A stretch of DNA of 64,000 nt from Octopus bimaculoides. Its lineage: Eukaryota. The notes under the pieces were generated by a model. The model saw nothing but the letters and a program-made list of their open reading frames with translations, had not been told where the DNA came from and searched no databases. Numbering within the stretch: position 1 is the stretch's first letter; the number at the start of each line of letters is the position of its first letter. Both the position numbers and the translations under genes were made by a program. The stretch lies in NCBI RefSeq assembly GCF_001194135.2, contig NC_068984.1:6268566-6332565 (forward strand), written 5' to 3'. Positions 1 through 12,483 of the stretch are shown one piece after another.

Positions 1-201
1 CAACCAAAGCTTTGTGACTAAGCAAAAACTGAAATAAGACCACTGTATACACACACACATACACACACATGTATATATATTAAGTCACAAATGACAGAGA
101 AATAGTATTAGGCATTCTATATGTTCTGTAGAATGATACATTAAGGAACTTTTTTTCATGAATGCTACCGGATTAATTGATTCCATACGTTGTGACTTAA
201 A

Positions 202-205
202 TGTG

Positions 206-249
<44 letters not shown>

Positions 250-302
250 AGTGTGTGTGTGAGAGANNNNNNNNNNGTGTGTGTGTGTGAGAGTGTGTGT
301 GT

Positions 303-342
<40 letters not shown>
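202..342. repeat. Compound (GT)n/(GA)n microsatellite spanning a 10-N gap
   Basis: Direct reading; N at 267-276 with near-duplicated flanks on both sides of the gap. Confidence 0.95.
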
Positions 343-343
<1 letters not shown>

Positions 344-405
344 CCCTTGTCCTAACATTGCGTGAGTGTTCTAAGTAAACATCATTCATTTCCAAAACTC
401 TATCA

Positions 406-438
406 GGCCCATGCAACCATGGAAAAGGATCTTAAAAC

Positions 439-476
<38 letters not shown>
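406..476 (+). mobile_element. Extreme 3' end of RTE-type LINE/SINE with (GAT)n tail
   Basis: cccatgcaaccatggaaaaggatcttaaaacgatgatgat... matches the 3' end shared by many copies in this window (e.g. 17570-17656). Confidence 0.7.
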
Positions 477-477
<1 letters not shown>

Positions 478-1399
478 ATAGTGTTGTCAAATTCTAATTC
501 ACTTTTTGAGGTATTAATTGTCATTAAACTAAAAAAATTGAAGAAAAAATCCAAAGAAATTTACTTGGTAAGATGCAAAACAGTACAAATAAAAAGCCTT
601 TTGATAGTTCTTTCTGAAATAAGACTAAATCTTGTAGCTTGCACAGAAGTATGTCTATTTCCAGTTTTTAAGCCCTAAATCATTTTTAAACCTGCAGTTT
701 CATGATTTGGCAACAACTACAGATATATGTAATATAGGACTTTAAAAATGAAGATAATAGGATGTGATTTAAGGAATATTTGCCTGTTATTTCTATCAGC
801 AGTTGACTATTCAGAGTACCTCTCATTAACTGCTGTACAGATCTAGTTTGCTTTAGTTGAAGAGGCTGAGCTGACAGGCCTACAAGCATCACAGAAGACC
901 AGGTTATTACATACTATAACAAAAACAAATCAGTTTGAGAGAACAAGTCTCCATGCTATATACAACCCGCTATGAACAAACACAGCACTTGCTAATTTAA
1001 AGAGTCCTATACAGTGCTTAAGTGAGCAGCTAGCTGTTCTTACATTGTGTTATTTATATGCAACCAGGCAAATTGGAAGATTCCTGAACTGTCTTCACAT
1101 CATAGCGTAATGACATGATACTAAACACCAAGCATTCTGAGCAGTTAATCTGGTACTCCAATCAACTCAGCTGTCTGCACACTTTTTCTGTGGAACAGTA
1201 TAATGTACGTATGGAGGCAAATTAATTTATATTCACATGACATACAAAAAAAAATAAATAAAATAACAAAATCAAAAGCAGTGACAACGTTAATATATTA
1301 AATGTCAAAGAAAAAAGAATGGAGGATAAGTCAACGTTTCAGACAGTGGTCCATTGTCATGACAGATGAGAAAATACACAAGATATTTATTCAAAGATG

Positions 1400-1680
1400 T
1401 AATAGGTTTGGTTGGCTGACAGAAAGTTGTGCAGTAAAGAAGTTGTTTGTTTAGCAAAGAAAAACTGAACATAGGTAGGGAAATAAGGTGTGCAGATGTT
1501 AAGAAGACAAAATGAAGAATATGTGAGACAGATTTGAGTGTATATAAAGTAGGTAAGGGGACAACATGAATTATGCATGGACTGTGTTTGTGTGTGTAAG
1601 CATAGAAACAGGTGTGGTGAATATAGTGTGTTGCTGAATGAGTAAAGAATTTGTGTATAAGTGTATAACAACATTTTCAA
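1400..1680 (-). mobile_element. Possible highly decayed CR1-group LINE 3' fragment
   Basis: Minus ORF 1387-1680 contains YVQFFFAKQTTSLLHNFLS, loosely resembling the YxxSFFxxTxxLWNxLP C-terminus of CR1-group ORF2. Confidence 0.3.
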
Positions 1681-1681
1681 T

Positions 1682-1945
1682 CACTTTGACAATGGCACTG
1701 CACATTTGTCTAGCTGACTGCAGTCATCTAGCAATATTCTCATGCAATGACACTGCTGTTATCTAGTTGACAACACTAATGTAGCAATGTTTCTATATGC
1801 ATTGGCAATGATACTGTACATTTGTCTAGTTGACTGCAGTCATGTAGCAATACTTTCATCACTTTGGCAATGCTACTCCACATTTGTCTAGCTGACTGTA
1901 GTCATGTAGCAATATGTTCATACACTTTCGCAATGACAAAGCACG
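1682..1945. repeat. ~60-bp minisatellite, ~4 diverged copies, palindromic core TGACTGCAGTCA
   Basis: Recurrent cacatttgtctag(c/t)tgactg(c/t)agtcat(c/g)tagcaata; cores at 1715, 1831 and 1893, plus a degenerate unit between the first two. Confidence 0.85.
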
Positions 1946-4900
1946 TTTGTTAGTGGAAACTTTTTTAAGTAATTCAATTGTATGTTTCAATTTAATAAAG
2001 TGTTTCCTTTTAATATGTAGATATCAGTCCTGATACATAACCATATTTGTTTAGTTCCTTATGCCCTGTCACTCCTCCTCCTCTTCTCTCTTATTAATAA
2101 AAAAAAAAACTAACAAAAACAAGAAAAGGTAATAACACCACAGCAAGTATGAGAACTTATTTAAATATCAGTAGTCATGGAAAGCTGACAGATATGACAA
2201 AAGCCGATGTAGAAAATGTTTTGAAACCTAGTTTGGTTACACAGAATAGCTATTGGGACTGACACCAAATATCTATAACATTGTTATTGCCGATGTTTGC
2301 ATCAAGGAATACAATATAGGATTCCAAGTAAATTGCAACTCTGATAAAATATAAAACTGAGATAATTAAAAAAATACAATATTAGCTTAATTTCTGAAAG
2401 AAACCATTTCATTTCAAATGATATAGCTTTATTGTTTTCTTTTACAATATTTTTTTCTTTATTCCCTATATATTCCACTTGGTGAAGCATAATGACCAAA
2501 TGGGTTTAGTGTGAAACTCACTTTTATAAATTCACATCTTAAAAGCACTAGAGATTTTATTGAAAAGAATGTAATAACACCACTGTTACACAGACACTAT
2601 CATGTTGTACTAAACATATAAACAGCTCTTTAAACATTACGTACACTCTTTTGAACCAGCAAGAGAGCTTCTACATATTTGCTTCACCTGTTAACAGTCA
2701 CATCTCCCTCAAATCATATTGGGAATTATAGTTTCTGATAGAGAAAAAAAGAACGAGATTGTCAGTAGGGACACCTTTGAGCAGAGATCTGTTGAATGAG
2801 GGATGAGTGGGGATAAGCAACAATAAGATGCCCACTTTCATTTCCAATTCTGTTGTATGTACAAATAAATGTATTTGACAGTATAGTATTAACACCAATT
2901 TCTAAATTTTCAAACATAAAGAGCAATTAGGTTGGTCTCTATTTTTTGAGTAAGACACTATAGGGATAGAGGAAATGATAGAATGGCATTTATAACCTGT
3001 TGACCTTGGCAAATTCTAAAGTTACCAAAGCACTGAAGAGAATAAAGTGTTGAACTGAGTCTGTGTTAGAGTCAACTTAATCACAAACTAAGATATAGAG
3101 GAGAGAAGAGATAAATATTGAGCTGGCTGGAAGTTAGCCAGTAAGGTGATTTACAGTTGCAAGATAAAAAGCTGCCTTATTCAGTCTTTCTCCTTTACAT
3201 CTGACTGTTTGTTTCACTCTGTCTTAAGCTTTATTGACCAATACCATCCATAAATTTCATTTTGTACAAAGATACTTGGAAAAATACTCAACTTTCAAGT
3301 CCCTTTACCTCTTATACACATCATGTTTTTGTCTGCAAGGTGTAACAGCTATTACAAGTGTTTAAGTACTTCAAGCAATTAGCTCATTCTCAACAGTATT
3401 TACAGATACAATAGCTACTACATGTGTTAGCCATTACCAATACTACAAGCAGCAGTAGCAGCAGCAGTTAATGTTTTGAACATGTTCACTCAATGATAGA
3501 TTGCTTACAAGTAGCCATTAGTGATATTACCAGTGGTGGTGTCTTGAAAGGGTTAACTAAAATGGCAATTGGAGTTATAGCTAAACATGTTTGACCATTA
3601 GACATGTAATGATCATTTAAAAATAGTGTCAGCAACTATAAGTTTTAACAAAGTAAAATTCTGGTAGTCATCAATAAAAAATAAAAAAATAAGAAGTGTG
3701 AACAGGTAAAGTGTTCTTCTCTACAATAACTTGGGCAAAATGTGTGATTTTAAGGCATTTTACCTAATTATTAATTAACATTTTTTGTTTTGTTGGTATC
3801 CTTTTGCAAGGGTAAACTGACAATATTTAACAAGGTGCAGTGTGTTTTTCAAACATTATAGCCCAAAGGTATTCTAATTTATTATATAACAATACAGCTT
3901 GAGTTTTCTGACCCATATTTTCAGTTCCTTATTCACTGCTTCATACTGACTTTGAGTGACAAGAAGTGGATTCAAGTAATACTCATGTCTTTAGAATGTG
4001 TATCATTATTTGAGTAACAACTTCTAATTTATTTTTATATTCCTTTAGTTAAATACGTCATCAATAAATCAAATTATTTCTTTCAATATATATATCATTC
4101 TCTAAGAAGAGAGATAAATAGGGTTGAACTGAGATACTTGAAGTTAATATGAAAAGCCCTTAGGTGAGTAGAAACAGCTAGTGGTGATTGTCAGAGATTC
4201 AATAGATTGATACAACATATATGTGGGAAGTGAACAATGGATAGTAGAAGTAAATGTAAAATGTTAATAAATAAAGTAAAATCTTCCTCAGCTTCAAGGA
4301 GCTTTTGGATATTGCAGTTCAGTTCCTGTTTCACATGTTAAGCAGATATGAGAATATATTTTTGCCATCGATGTTTCCACTTTATAATGTTGCCTAATAA
4401 TCTCTTTACCTTATTCTTAACAATTGAGAAGTAACTTAATGGACAGAGTAATCAGATGAATAGAGGTATTTGGTGAAAATATATATGTAGCTGGGTGTAT
4501 TTAAGGAAATTAAATGGTGCAAATATAGAGATAGCTGTAATTATAGGTAGTAATGGAAATAGGTAAGTTTCAATGATTTGTGATAACCAAAGGCCTTAAT
4601 GTTTATAGTTTTGTTTATTCTTTAATCTAAAAGAGAGGAGCAGTACCCATGGCATACTGAATTTGTTGTATACTAGGCTTAGGGAGAACTGAGGTTTGTG
4701 CAGTGTTTTCTTGGAATTGTTGCATTAGTGTATGCAACATAGAGGGAAATTTCCTGAAGAATCTCTCATCTCATCTAGGTCATCCCACAGGATGCCCCTT
4801 TCATAGGGGTTCTGGTGGTGCATACTATAGGAGTCACAGGGACTGATTCATGTGGTCATGCAGTTTCCATCTAACTAGGAATATTAGGGTCCCATCCATA

Positions 4901-5039
4901 GTCTTGTATTCAAGATCCTCTGCATGAGATCCTGCTAGTTCAAAGCCAGGAATCTGATCTGTTAGGTCCTGCCAATAACTAAATCTACGCCCTGTTGCCA
5001 ATGCTTCTATTTATTGTCATTAAAGTTTTGTATGTCTGC

Positions 5040-5340
5040 TACCCTTTGACCTGTCTGGTCTGGTAAGACCTGCCTGAAGGTTTCTCTCCCACCAGCATAC
5101 CTCTCCCGGTCAATGGAGCACACAGGCACTTCACTGTGACAAGGTACTTGTTGAATTAGCCATTGACTACACAGTAGTTCTTCTGCCCTTTGACAGGTCT
5201 TATTTTTCGTCCCACTGAGTGTTCAACAATCATCATCCTCACCAAGCAGGCTTGATGGGGTTGCCAGTTTAGTCGCCAACGACTTGACCATGCGACAGGT
5301 TGTACTGGGCTACATGTTACCAGTACCGCTCAAGAGTATT
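5040..5340 (-). mobile_element. GC-richer repeat fragment resembling a non-LTR retrotransposon 5' leader
   Basis: Locally higher GC; gggttgccagtttagtcgccaacgac motif recalled from LINE leaders; no ORF. Confidence 0.3.
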
Positions 5341-6639
5341 TAATATGAGACCTAAGGTCCAGTAAAATTTACTGGTAATTGATAAGTGAACGTATAAAGA
5401 ACAAGTTTGGGAAGGAACAGTATAAAATCAGCAAGTTTAGAAGAACTGAGATGTTATAGAAACGAAAAGACCAGCATTGGAAAGTATGTTTCCCTATTAG
5501 GTAGATGTTTGTCTCTTGGATGAATGTGCACATGTGTGAATGTGTGTGTGGGGAGGAGTATCATTAGCTGGTAGGTAAAAAGTGAAGCAATAATGAAGAA
5601 ATATATTCTAGAAGAAAACATCAAATTAAACAGTAATTAAGATGCGCTTGACAGTTCAAGACAGACATAGATAAAGCCTTGGTAATCGTACTCTCACATG
5701 GTCATTCTAAGATGGAATTGTATCACAAACTTTATCGCTGTCCCTTAAGTCTTATTGCATTAGAAAATTACCTCAATTACTTGAAAGCAATTTTCTGCAG
5801 CTGTTACAATGATCAAAAGAGAGAAGAAAATGTGTTTGCTTCAGAGCAACTGTTGTCTACAATATTAGGTAGAAACACTGTACCAGCTGTTGCCATGGGA
5901 ACATGATGATGATGATGATGATGGTGATGATGATAATAATCATAATTTCACTGAACTAGTTTCTACATTACACACAAAACTATATTTATTTACGCATATA
6001 CATACATGACGATAGATGTATATAGATAGGTAGGTAAGTAGTAGATAACTAGACGGATAGAATGGTCGATTGATTGCTGAATAGATGAGACAAATATGAA
6101 TACTGCTACAATATATATACATATCAAAAGGTAATTTTTATATCCAACTTAACACGAATGCCTTGTTGGAACACTGAATACTGCATTATTAACCTTGAAA
6201 TATCCTCTCATACACACACTTGAGGCATAAAAGCACACAAATAGATCATAGCAGACACAAATTGTCTGTCCTGGATACAAGAATTTCCAGAGAGTTCAAT
6301 CTTGCTGCTACAATATATAGAATATCAGCATCATTTCAAACACTGACGTCACAAATAACCAGCAGGCCTATGGAAAATTAATTATTAGCAATAAAAGCAG
6401 TATTGCTACCAAAAGTTAATCTTCATATCCAACTTAACATGGATGTCTAGAAAATCCCAGCGCCCATGACTTGTCTGCTATGATCTATGTGTGTTCTTTT
6501 AAGCACCAAGCACCTATGTGAGTTGATCTTTCAAGGCTAATAATGCAGTAGTTGGTGTTCTAACAAGCCGTCCATGTTTAGTTGGATATAAAGATTAAAT
6601 ATTACAACTGCTTCCATCAATAACAATATATAAAAAGTG

Positions 6640-6982
6640 TAAGATGTGGTGTGCAAAGGAGATGACTGCGTTGGTATGGTCATGTGATGTGTATGGATGT
6701 GGTCATCTGTATGAAGAAGTGCCAATCTCTACTAGTGGAAGGAAGCTGTGGAAGATGGAGACCCAGGAAGACATGGGATGAAGTGGTGAAGTATGATCTT
6801 TAAAAGTTGGGCGTTACAGAAGCAATGACGATATGCCATGCTTGTGAAGACTTGTCAAGCCAAGTGAAATCATAGTTGTGGTTGTTGTCGGTGTCACATA
6901 ACTGGCACCCATGCCAGTGGCACATAAAAAGCACCTTTCGAGTGTTAGGCCGCACAGAAGCAATGTGGCTAATGCTGGTGTC
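6640..6982 (+). mobile_element. RTE-clade LINE fragment: reverse-transcriptase C-terminus plus 3' UTR
   Basis: Plus frame from 6642 reads RCGVQRR*LRWYGHVMCMD...VEGSCGRWRPRKTWDEVVKYDL*, the RTE ORF2 C-terminal signature (RLRWxGHVxRM...GRPRKTWxxxVxxDL), with premature stops. Confidence 0.85.
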
Positions 6983-7281
6983 ACAGTTTACATAAAAGTG
7001 TTCAAAATAGGCAGTAAAATAAGTTCATAATTGTTTATAAGTTCATCAGAAATCATAATTGTTGATAAGCAAATACACAGAAAGAATTTGTAGACAGTAA
7101 TTGATAGTAGAAAGCATGTATTGTTTTATCAACAGTTCATCAGAAACAATAACTGTATATAAGGATTTTAGAGATATGACCAAACTTTTTTCTTCATCTC
7201 CAAGACTGAATCGTTATAAACAATTATGATTTCTGATGAACTTATTTTGCTGCTTATTTTGAACACTTTTATGTAAATTGT
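6983..7281. mobile_element. ~300-bp MITE-like element with ~45-60-bp terminal inverted repeats
   Basis: Left acagtttacataaaagtgttcaaaataggcagtaaaataagttcat is the near reverse complement of right atgaacttattttgctgcttattttgaacacttttatgtaaattgt; internal repeats of agttcatcagaaa; no ORF. Confidence 0.75.
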
Positions 7282-7528
7282 TTAAACACAAAGCCTCTCT
7301 TAACATTTTCTTATCATTGTCAAAGACTCTATCACTGTATTTTAATACATCTATGCTAACTAATCTTTAACACCACAAAGGCTACACAAAGTCCTGCACT
7401 TTACTTTTGAAAATCTCTTTTTAAAAAAAGTGAAACCAGTCAAGTCAATAAACATCTTTAAAAGACCTCTGCATTTTCAAATCCTCTTCCTTATATATTT
7501 TCACTCATGCAGTACCTTCCACTTTTAC

Positions 7529-7559
<31 letters not shown>

Positions 7560-8734
7560 TTACATACAAACATATGTGTGTGTGCAAGTGTGTGTTGTGT
7601 GTGTGTTGTGTGTGTGTGTGTGCGTGTGCGTGCGTGCATGTGTGTGTATTCTTTCCAAGTTTTTTATAATCCACACTTGAAACAATTATCCTTCCTCTTT
7701 CTCTTTCACAACAGCTTCCCACTTAGCAGCATTCATAAATAAGTTATCCTACATTTTGAAAGAACCATATTTATTACTTAAACTTCTTACCAAGCCAGTT
7801 TGTCATGCAAATAAATCTCGTTTTTTTTATATAGCTTAGTTAGGAGGAAGGGCAGTGCCTATGACTTTCTCCCTGAGTCTCTCAAACTGGCGGATGAAAA
7901 GGGAGAAAAATCCATACCCTTCAATGTTCAAGTGTTGCTGTAGTAGGGAGCAAGTACATAATGGTATTGAGGACTCCTCAAACTGGACACATGGACCAAA
8001 TGCTTTGGTCCAAATGGATTTTGCAAAGTGGTGCTGTCAAACAGAGTGACAGATTGAGTTTACTACCTATTTACATATTAATGCATGCTTAAAACATTCC
8101 TGTCTTGTCATTGGTGTTATCTAGATCACTTCCATGTTTCATTAACATAAAAATTCACAGCTCATATACAAATTACAAAGTTATTATCAATAAAGATCAA
8201 GAACATCTGTTGTTGCTGTAAGTAGTCAGTCAGTCCTGACAGAGCAAACTTATAATAAAAAATATTCCAGATGTGACCATTTCAGTTTTCTGAAAACACA
8301 GGACTTTTAAGTGTGGCCTTCACCTTTCAAGACAGTAGAGCATAATTTGAATGAGATTTACTTACTTTGACTAGCAGGTCAATGGGACATTCCATTATTG
8401 GTTTGTCAAGTCACTATGAAAGTAGAAAATGTCTTAAGTTTTTCTATCTCATATTTATCCTAATCACAACTAAAATTAAGGTAGTTAGAAAATATTTACT
8501 ATTTCCACAAGGATATCTATAATGCAATAATCTCTCCTTGGTGCCTGCTGTTATTGCAAGCTTCATTAATACATCTAATACTTCAACAGTTCTGATTTTA
8601 CATCCGCCAATCAAAACTTGTGTATGCTGCAGTGCTGTAGATATAGAAGCTGATCAACATACCACAAATAAACACATACACACACACACACACACTTGGG
8701 ATCTTAGTTTTGCAAGCTGTACGGCAATCTCATT

Positions 8735-8909
8735 AGTGCTGGTGGCATGAAAAAGGCACCCAGTACACACTATAAAGTGGTTGGCATTAGAAAGGGCATC
8801 TGGTGGTAGAGACCATGCCAAAGCAGACATGAAGCACAATACGGTCCTTGGACTGGTCAGGCTGTCCTATCTATGCCAGCATGGAACATACACATTAAAT
8901 GATGATGAT
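8735..8909 (+). mobile_element. RTE-type 3' end with (GAT)n tail
   Basis: gtgctggtggcatgaaaaaggcaccc...ggttggcattagaaagggcatc...atgccagcatggaac...ttaaatgatgatgat. Confidence 0.8.
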
Positions 8910-9185
8910 TTGGAGTGTAGAGTTTGTAATGTCTGCATTTGGGTCTCTCTCAACTATAAAGTTCAATTAAGTTTCCATATTGCTCACCCTAACATCTTTT
9001 ATTCACTCCCTCTCCTAGCAATACATATCCCTACAAGCACTATTTCTCTCACAACATGCCACCTGTATAATGAGACATGCCTTTCCACTGGATCTGTTGA
9101 TATTTAATCCCCATCTTACACCCATTTTTATTGCTAGCTATCACACTCTTCTATTCCTCCTTTCTCTATCCTTCATCTCTTACTA

Positions 9186-9440
9186 CCATTCTGGTACGGT
9201 TTGGCAGGTTCTCTCCTGCACCTCATATAACCAATCACTGCAGTCCTTTGTCATCTTTATGAGGCTCAACATCCTAAGATCAGTCTTCAATGCTTCTTCC
9301 CATGTCTTCTTAGGCCTTCCTCTTCCATAGGCTCCATTCACTTTCAGTGTCCTGCATTTCTTTGTACAGCTGTCACCCTCTATATGCACCATATATCACC
9401 ACAGCCTTCTCTCTTGCATGCTACATCTGACCCATTTAAA
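9186..9440 (-). mobile_element. RTE-clade LINE RT C-terminal fragment
   Basis: Track ORF 9183-9392: SCTKKCRTLKVNGAYGRGRPKKTWEEALKTDLRML. Confidence 0.85.
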
Positions 9441-9629
9441 TCCAGCTTTTCTCTTGGCTTGTTTCATACTCTATGAACACTAATATTGCACAGTCAGTGG
9501 AACATGCTCATTTCATTTCTTTCTAACCTTTGCAGACATCATAAAGTCTAAAGGAACTTTAGAGTTGTTGAGATGACAACCTCCTTAGGGCTAGTATCAT
9601 GATAAAATGCATTACATTAACTCTGTGGA

Positions 9630-9835
9630 GTGGTTGATGTTAGGAAGGGTGTCAATCCATAAAGACAATGCTAAAATGAAAATAAACTAGTGTGGCATAT
9701 TCCACAAAGTGCATGCCACACTAAACTGTTCTCATTTTGCTAGATAATGACAAACCTGTGCCAGTATGGAAAGAAGATATAAAATGGTGATTATGGTGAT
9801 GATGATGATGGTGATGGTGATAGTAATGATGTATC
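9630..9835 (+). mobile_element. Degenerate RTE-type 3' end
   Basis: gtggttgatgttaggaagggtgtc...cctgtgccagtatggaaagaagatataaaatggtgat...gatgatgatg. Confidence 0.6.
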
Positions 9836-10719
9836 CTGTTTTACTCAAAACAGTACAAAAATTAAAGGTACACATGGTTGCTATATCTAGTAGGCAGATC
9901 AACCATATAGAGGCCCTCTATATGGTTATATATATCATATATATCCTTAACTAGAAATGGATGAAAGACCCTCTATTGTTTTGTATACACACACACAAAC
10001 ACACACACACACACATACACACACACTCCATGCAAACCTACATATACATATCTTACAAACACCTAGTTTCATTCATTCATTTACATCTAGATTATATCCT
10101 TCTAACACCCCATAACCAAAATGTCTTCTTTCTGCAAAGTCTCAAACAATATTTATCTTGACACATCTTTATAAATAATAGCTTTGAAATAATAGGAAGG
10201 GAATTCTCTCTATAGAAACTGATTCTACAAAGAATGTTCCTTGTTTACTCTCTTTCCAAATTTACAACTACTAAATCAAACACCTAACCAGGCACTAAAC
10301 TTCCACCACCACCACCACCACCACCACTACCACCACCATCATAACCCCAACCTCAATAATAACATCACATCTTTGTTTCAGATGTTTCCTGAAAATAATT
10401 TCATTAAAAAAATGAGCATTAGTGTCAATTTTATTAACAAATATTGGCCGAGTTTCAAGTCAATAAAACATCATTTTATCAATGAGGAGCAAGAGAAGAA
10501 GGGAAAGGGAGAGAGAGGGAGAAAGAAACAAGAGAAGAAGAGGATGAAAGAGACAGGGTGGAATGGAAAGGTAGGGTAGAAGGAAGGCTTAATATATATC
10601 TTCCATCATTTATTATATTCCTTTCTGTTTTGATATTTTTTTTTAATTCTTCTGCCAAAATCTGTGCCACTCAAATAAACATTGGTTAAACAGCTTTGAG
10701 TAGCAACATTTTGTATAAG

Positions 10720-11030
10720 CTTATGTAAAATGGAAACAAGGTATAGATGTTCATAAAGACATATTTACACTGTTTAAGGTCAAGTGTTTATTGTGTATAT
10801 GAGAATTCTAACAGGGTGTTATTGATTTATGACAAGGAGTATTATTTTACTTTATCTCTTTGTTCATTTGCCATGTTAATTTTTTGCTTCCTTCTGTTTA
10901 TAAAAGAAAGGATAAAGGTTCTTTGAGAGTTTCCTTGGAAGTCCTGATGTATGAATTTGAGTATATATTAGCTGTTGAGACATTAGGGCTCAGGAATAGA
11001 TTCTTTAGGGCTAGGTAGTGTGTGGGTTTT
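10720..11030 (-). mobile_element. Possible Penelope-like element GIY-YIG endonuclease remnant
   Basis: Minus strand with frameshifts: NVSTANIYSNSYIRTSKETLKE..SF...LTWQM /fs/ YSLS*I ... C(K)/fs/ICLYEH. Motif order resembles YIGxT/SxxxFKxR..SF..W..YxIxWxI..CxLCLxEK. Confidence 0.4.
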
Positions 11031-11833
11031 GCAATTCACTGAGGTTCTGGACCACCAGGTGAAGTGTCAGCATTTATAATCATGTTGTAAGCATTCTACA
11101 GTGTTTATGAAACTCCTATTAATATAGTCCAAATAATTAACTGTAAATATAAACCATATGTTGTTGCTTAGTTCCAGCCAGTCCTGGCTGAGCAAACGTA
11201 TGCTCTATCTATAATTATCCCATCTTTCTATTGGTATTGCATACCTATTGCATGTCTAGAACTCTACTATTCAAAATTTTTTTGGTCATTTTTAAGGCTG
11301 TAAAGTGGGACTTGGCAGCAATTTCTATCCACACAGAAGCTCCCTCACTAGCAAACAGCAGAAGCACTACACAATGGAGATGTGTTACATTAACTTGCAG
11401 TGCTAAATTCAATTTGGTTTATGTAATTTGGAGCAGAATAAACTCTACATATTATATCCTCAATGGTACCACTACATTCTGCTACATTACAGAATTTACC
11501 TTCATTACCACTCTTGTCTTTCACTTTAAAATATTTGTTAATAGTATTGATAAAGCACAGCATTTGATATTTAAATGATTCATTATATAAAGTCAGGGAA
11601 CATAGTGTTTACATACATGTCATTTTGATATTACAGGCTACTCTTCAAAACTAAAGTATTTACTATTCATATTTTAGGAAAATCAAACACATTTCTTCAA
11701 GATTTTATTAATCCTAGTAACCCTGGTCACAATAATAATCATTAATCCCAGGTTAACTATAACTGGGCAGACCTATGATCTAAGGCATGGCTCTTCTATT
11801 ATTTTAGATGTATCTGCGATTATATTATTTAAT

Positions 11834-12103
11834 ATGCTGGTGCCACATAAAAAGCACTTGTACTGCCGTCACATAAAAGCACAAGTGTCAGCGCCACATA
11901 AAAGGACATATACCAGTGCCTTGTCAGTGCCATGAAAAAAGCACCCAGTACACTCTGTAAAGGGGTTGGTGTTAGGAAGGGCATCCAGCTGTAGAAACCA
12001 TGCCAAAGTAGACAACTGGAGCCCTGCAGCTGGTTAACTCCTGTCACACTGTCCAGCCCATGTCGGCATCATAAATGGATGTTAAATGATGATGATGATG
12101 ATA
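11834..12103 (+). mobile_element. RTE-type 3' end with short internal gccacataaaa(a)gcac repeats and (GAT)n tail
   Basis: Same 3' module as 17191-17656 and 55025-55240. Confidence 0.85.
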
Positions 12104-12261
12104 ACCTTTTCCTTTTTAAAAATAGTAGAGTTGTTATCTTTTATTTTTAACAAATCAAGTGACTATGTATTTTTTTTTTTTTGTCACTGGCTCTTCATCT
12201 TAATATTGCTATAATTGCACAGCAAGGTAGTCGCTATAAGGAAACTCCATTTGTTAAAACT

Positions 12262-12483
12262 AGTTACAAAATCTCCAAGAAATCACAGCCCCACCTCTTA
12301 AAAAAGGAAAACACACATTGAATAATATAGTTCAATGGATAATCGTCATCATCATCATTATCATTTAATGTCTGTGTTAAATGATGATGATGACAATGAG
12401 GATTATCCATTGAACTATATTATTCAATGTGTCTTTTCCTTTTTTAAGAGGTGAGGGTGTGATTTCTTGGAGCTTTTATAACT
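12262..12483. repeat. Long inverted repeat (107-bp arms, 8-nt spacer)
   Basis: 12262-12368 aligns without gaps to the reverse complement of 12377-12483; I count 9 substitutions by eye (~92% identity). Confidence 0.95.

Noticed and set aside
240-305. Duplicated sequence on both sides of the first N gap
   Set aside because: Most likely an unmerged contig overlap within a microsatellite, not biology.
768-975. Plus frame MKIIG...QI*FALVEEAELTGLQASQKTR...
   Set aside because: In-frame stop, weak donor, and no recognised homology.
10241-10579. Poly-His protein ORF
   Set aside because: It is made of a (CAC/CAT)n microsatellite and a purine-rich tract.
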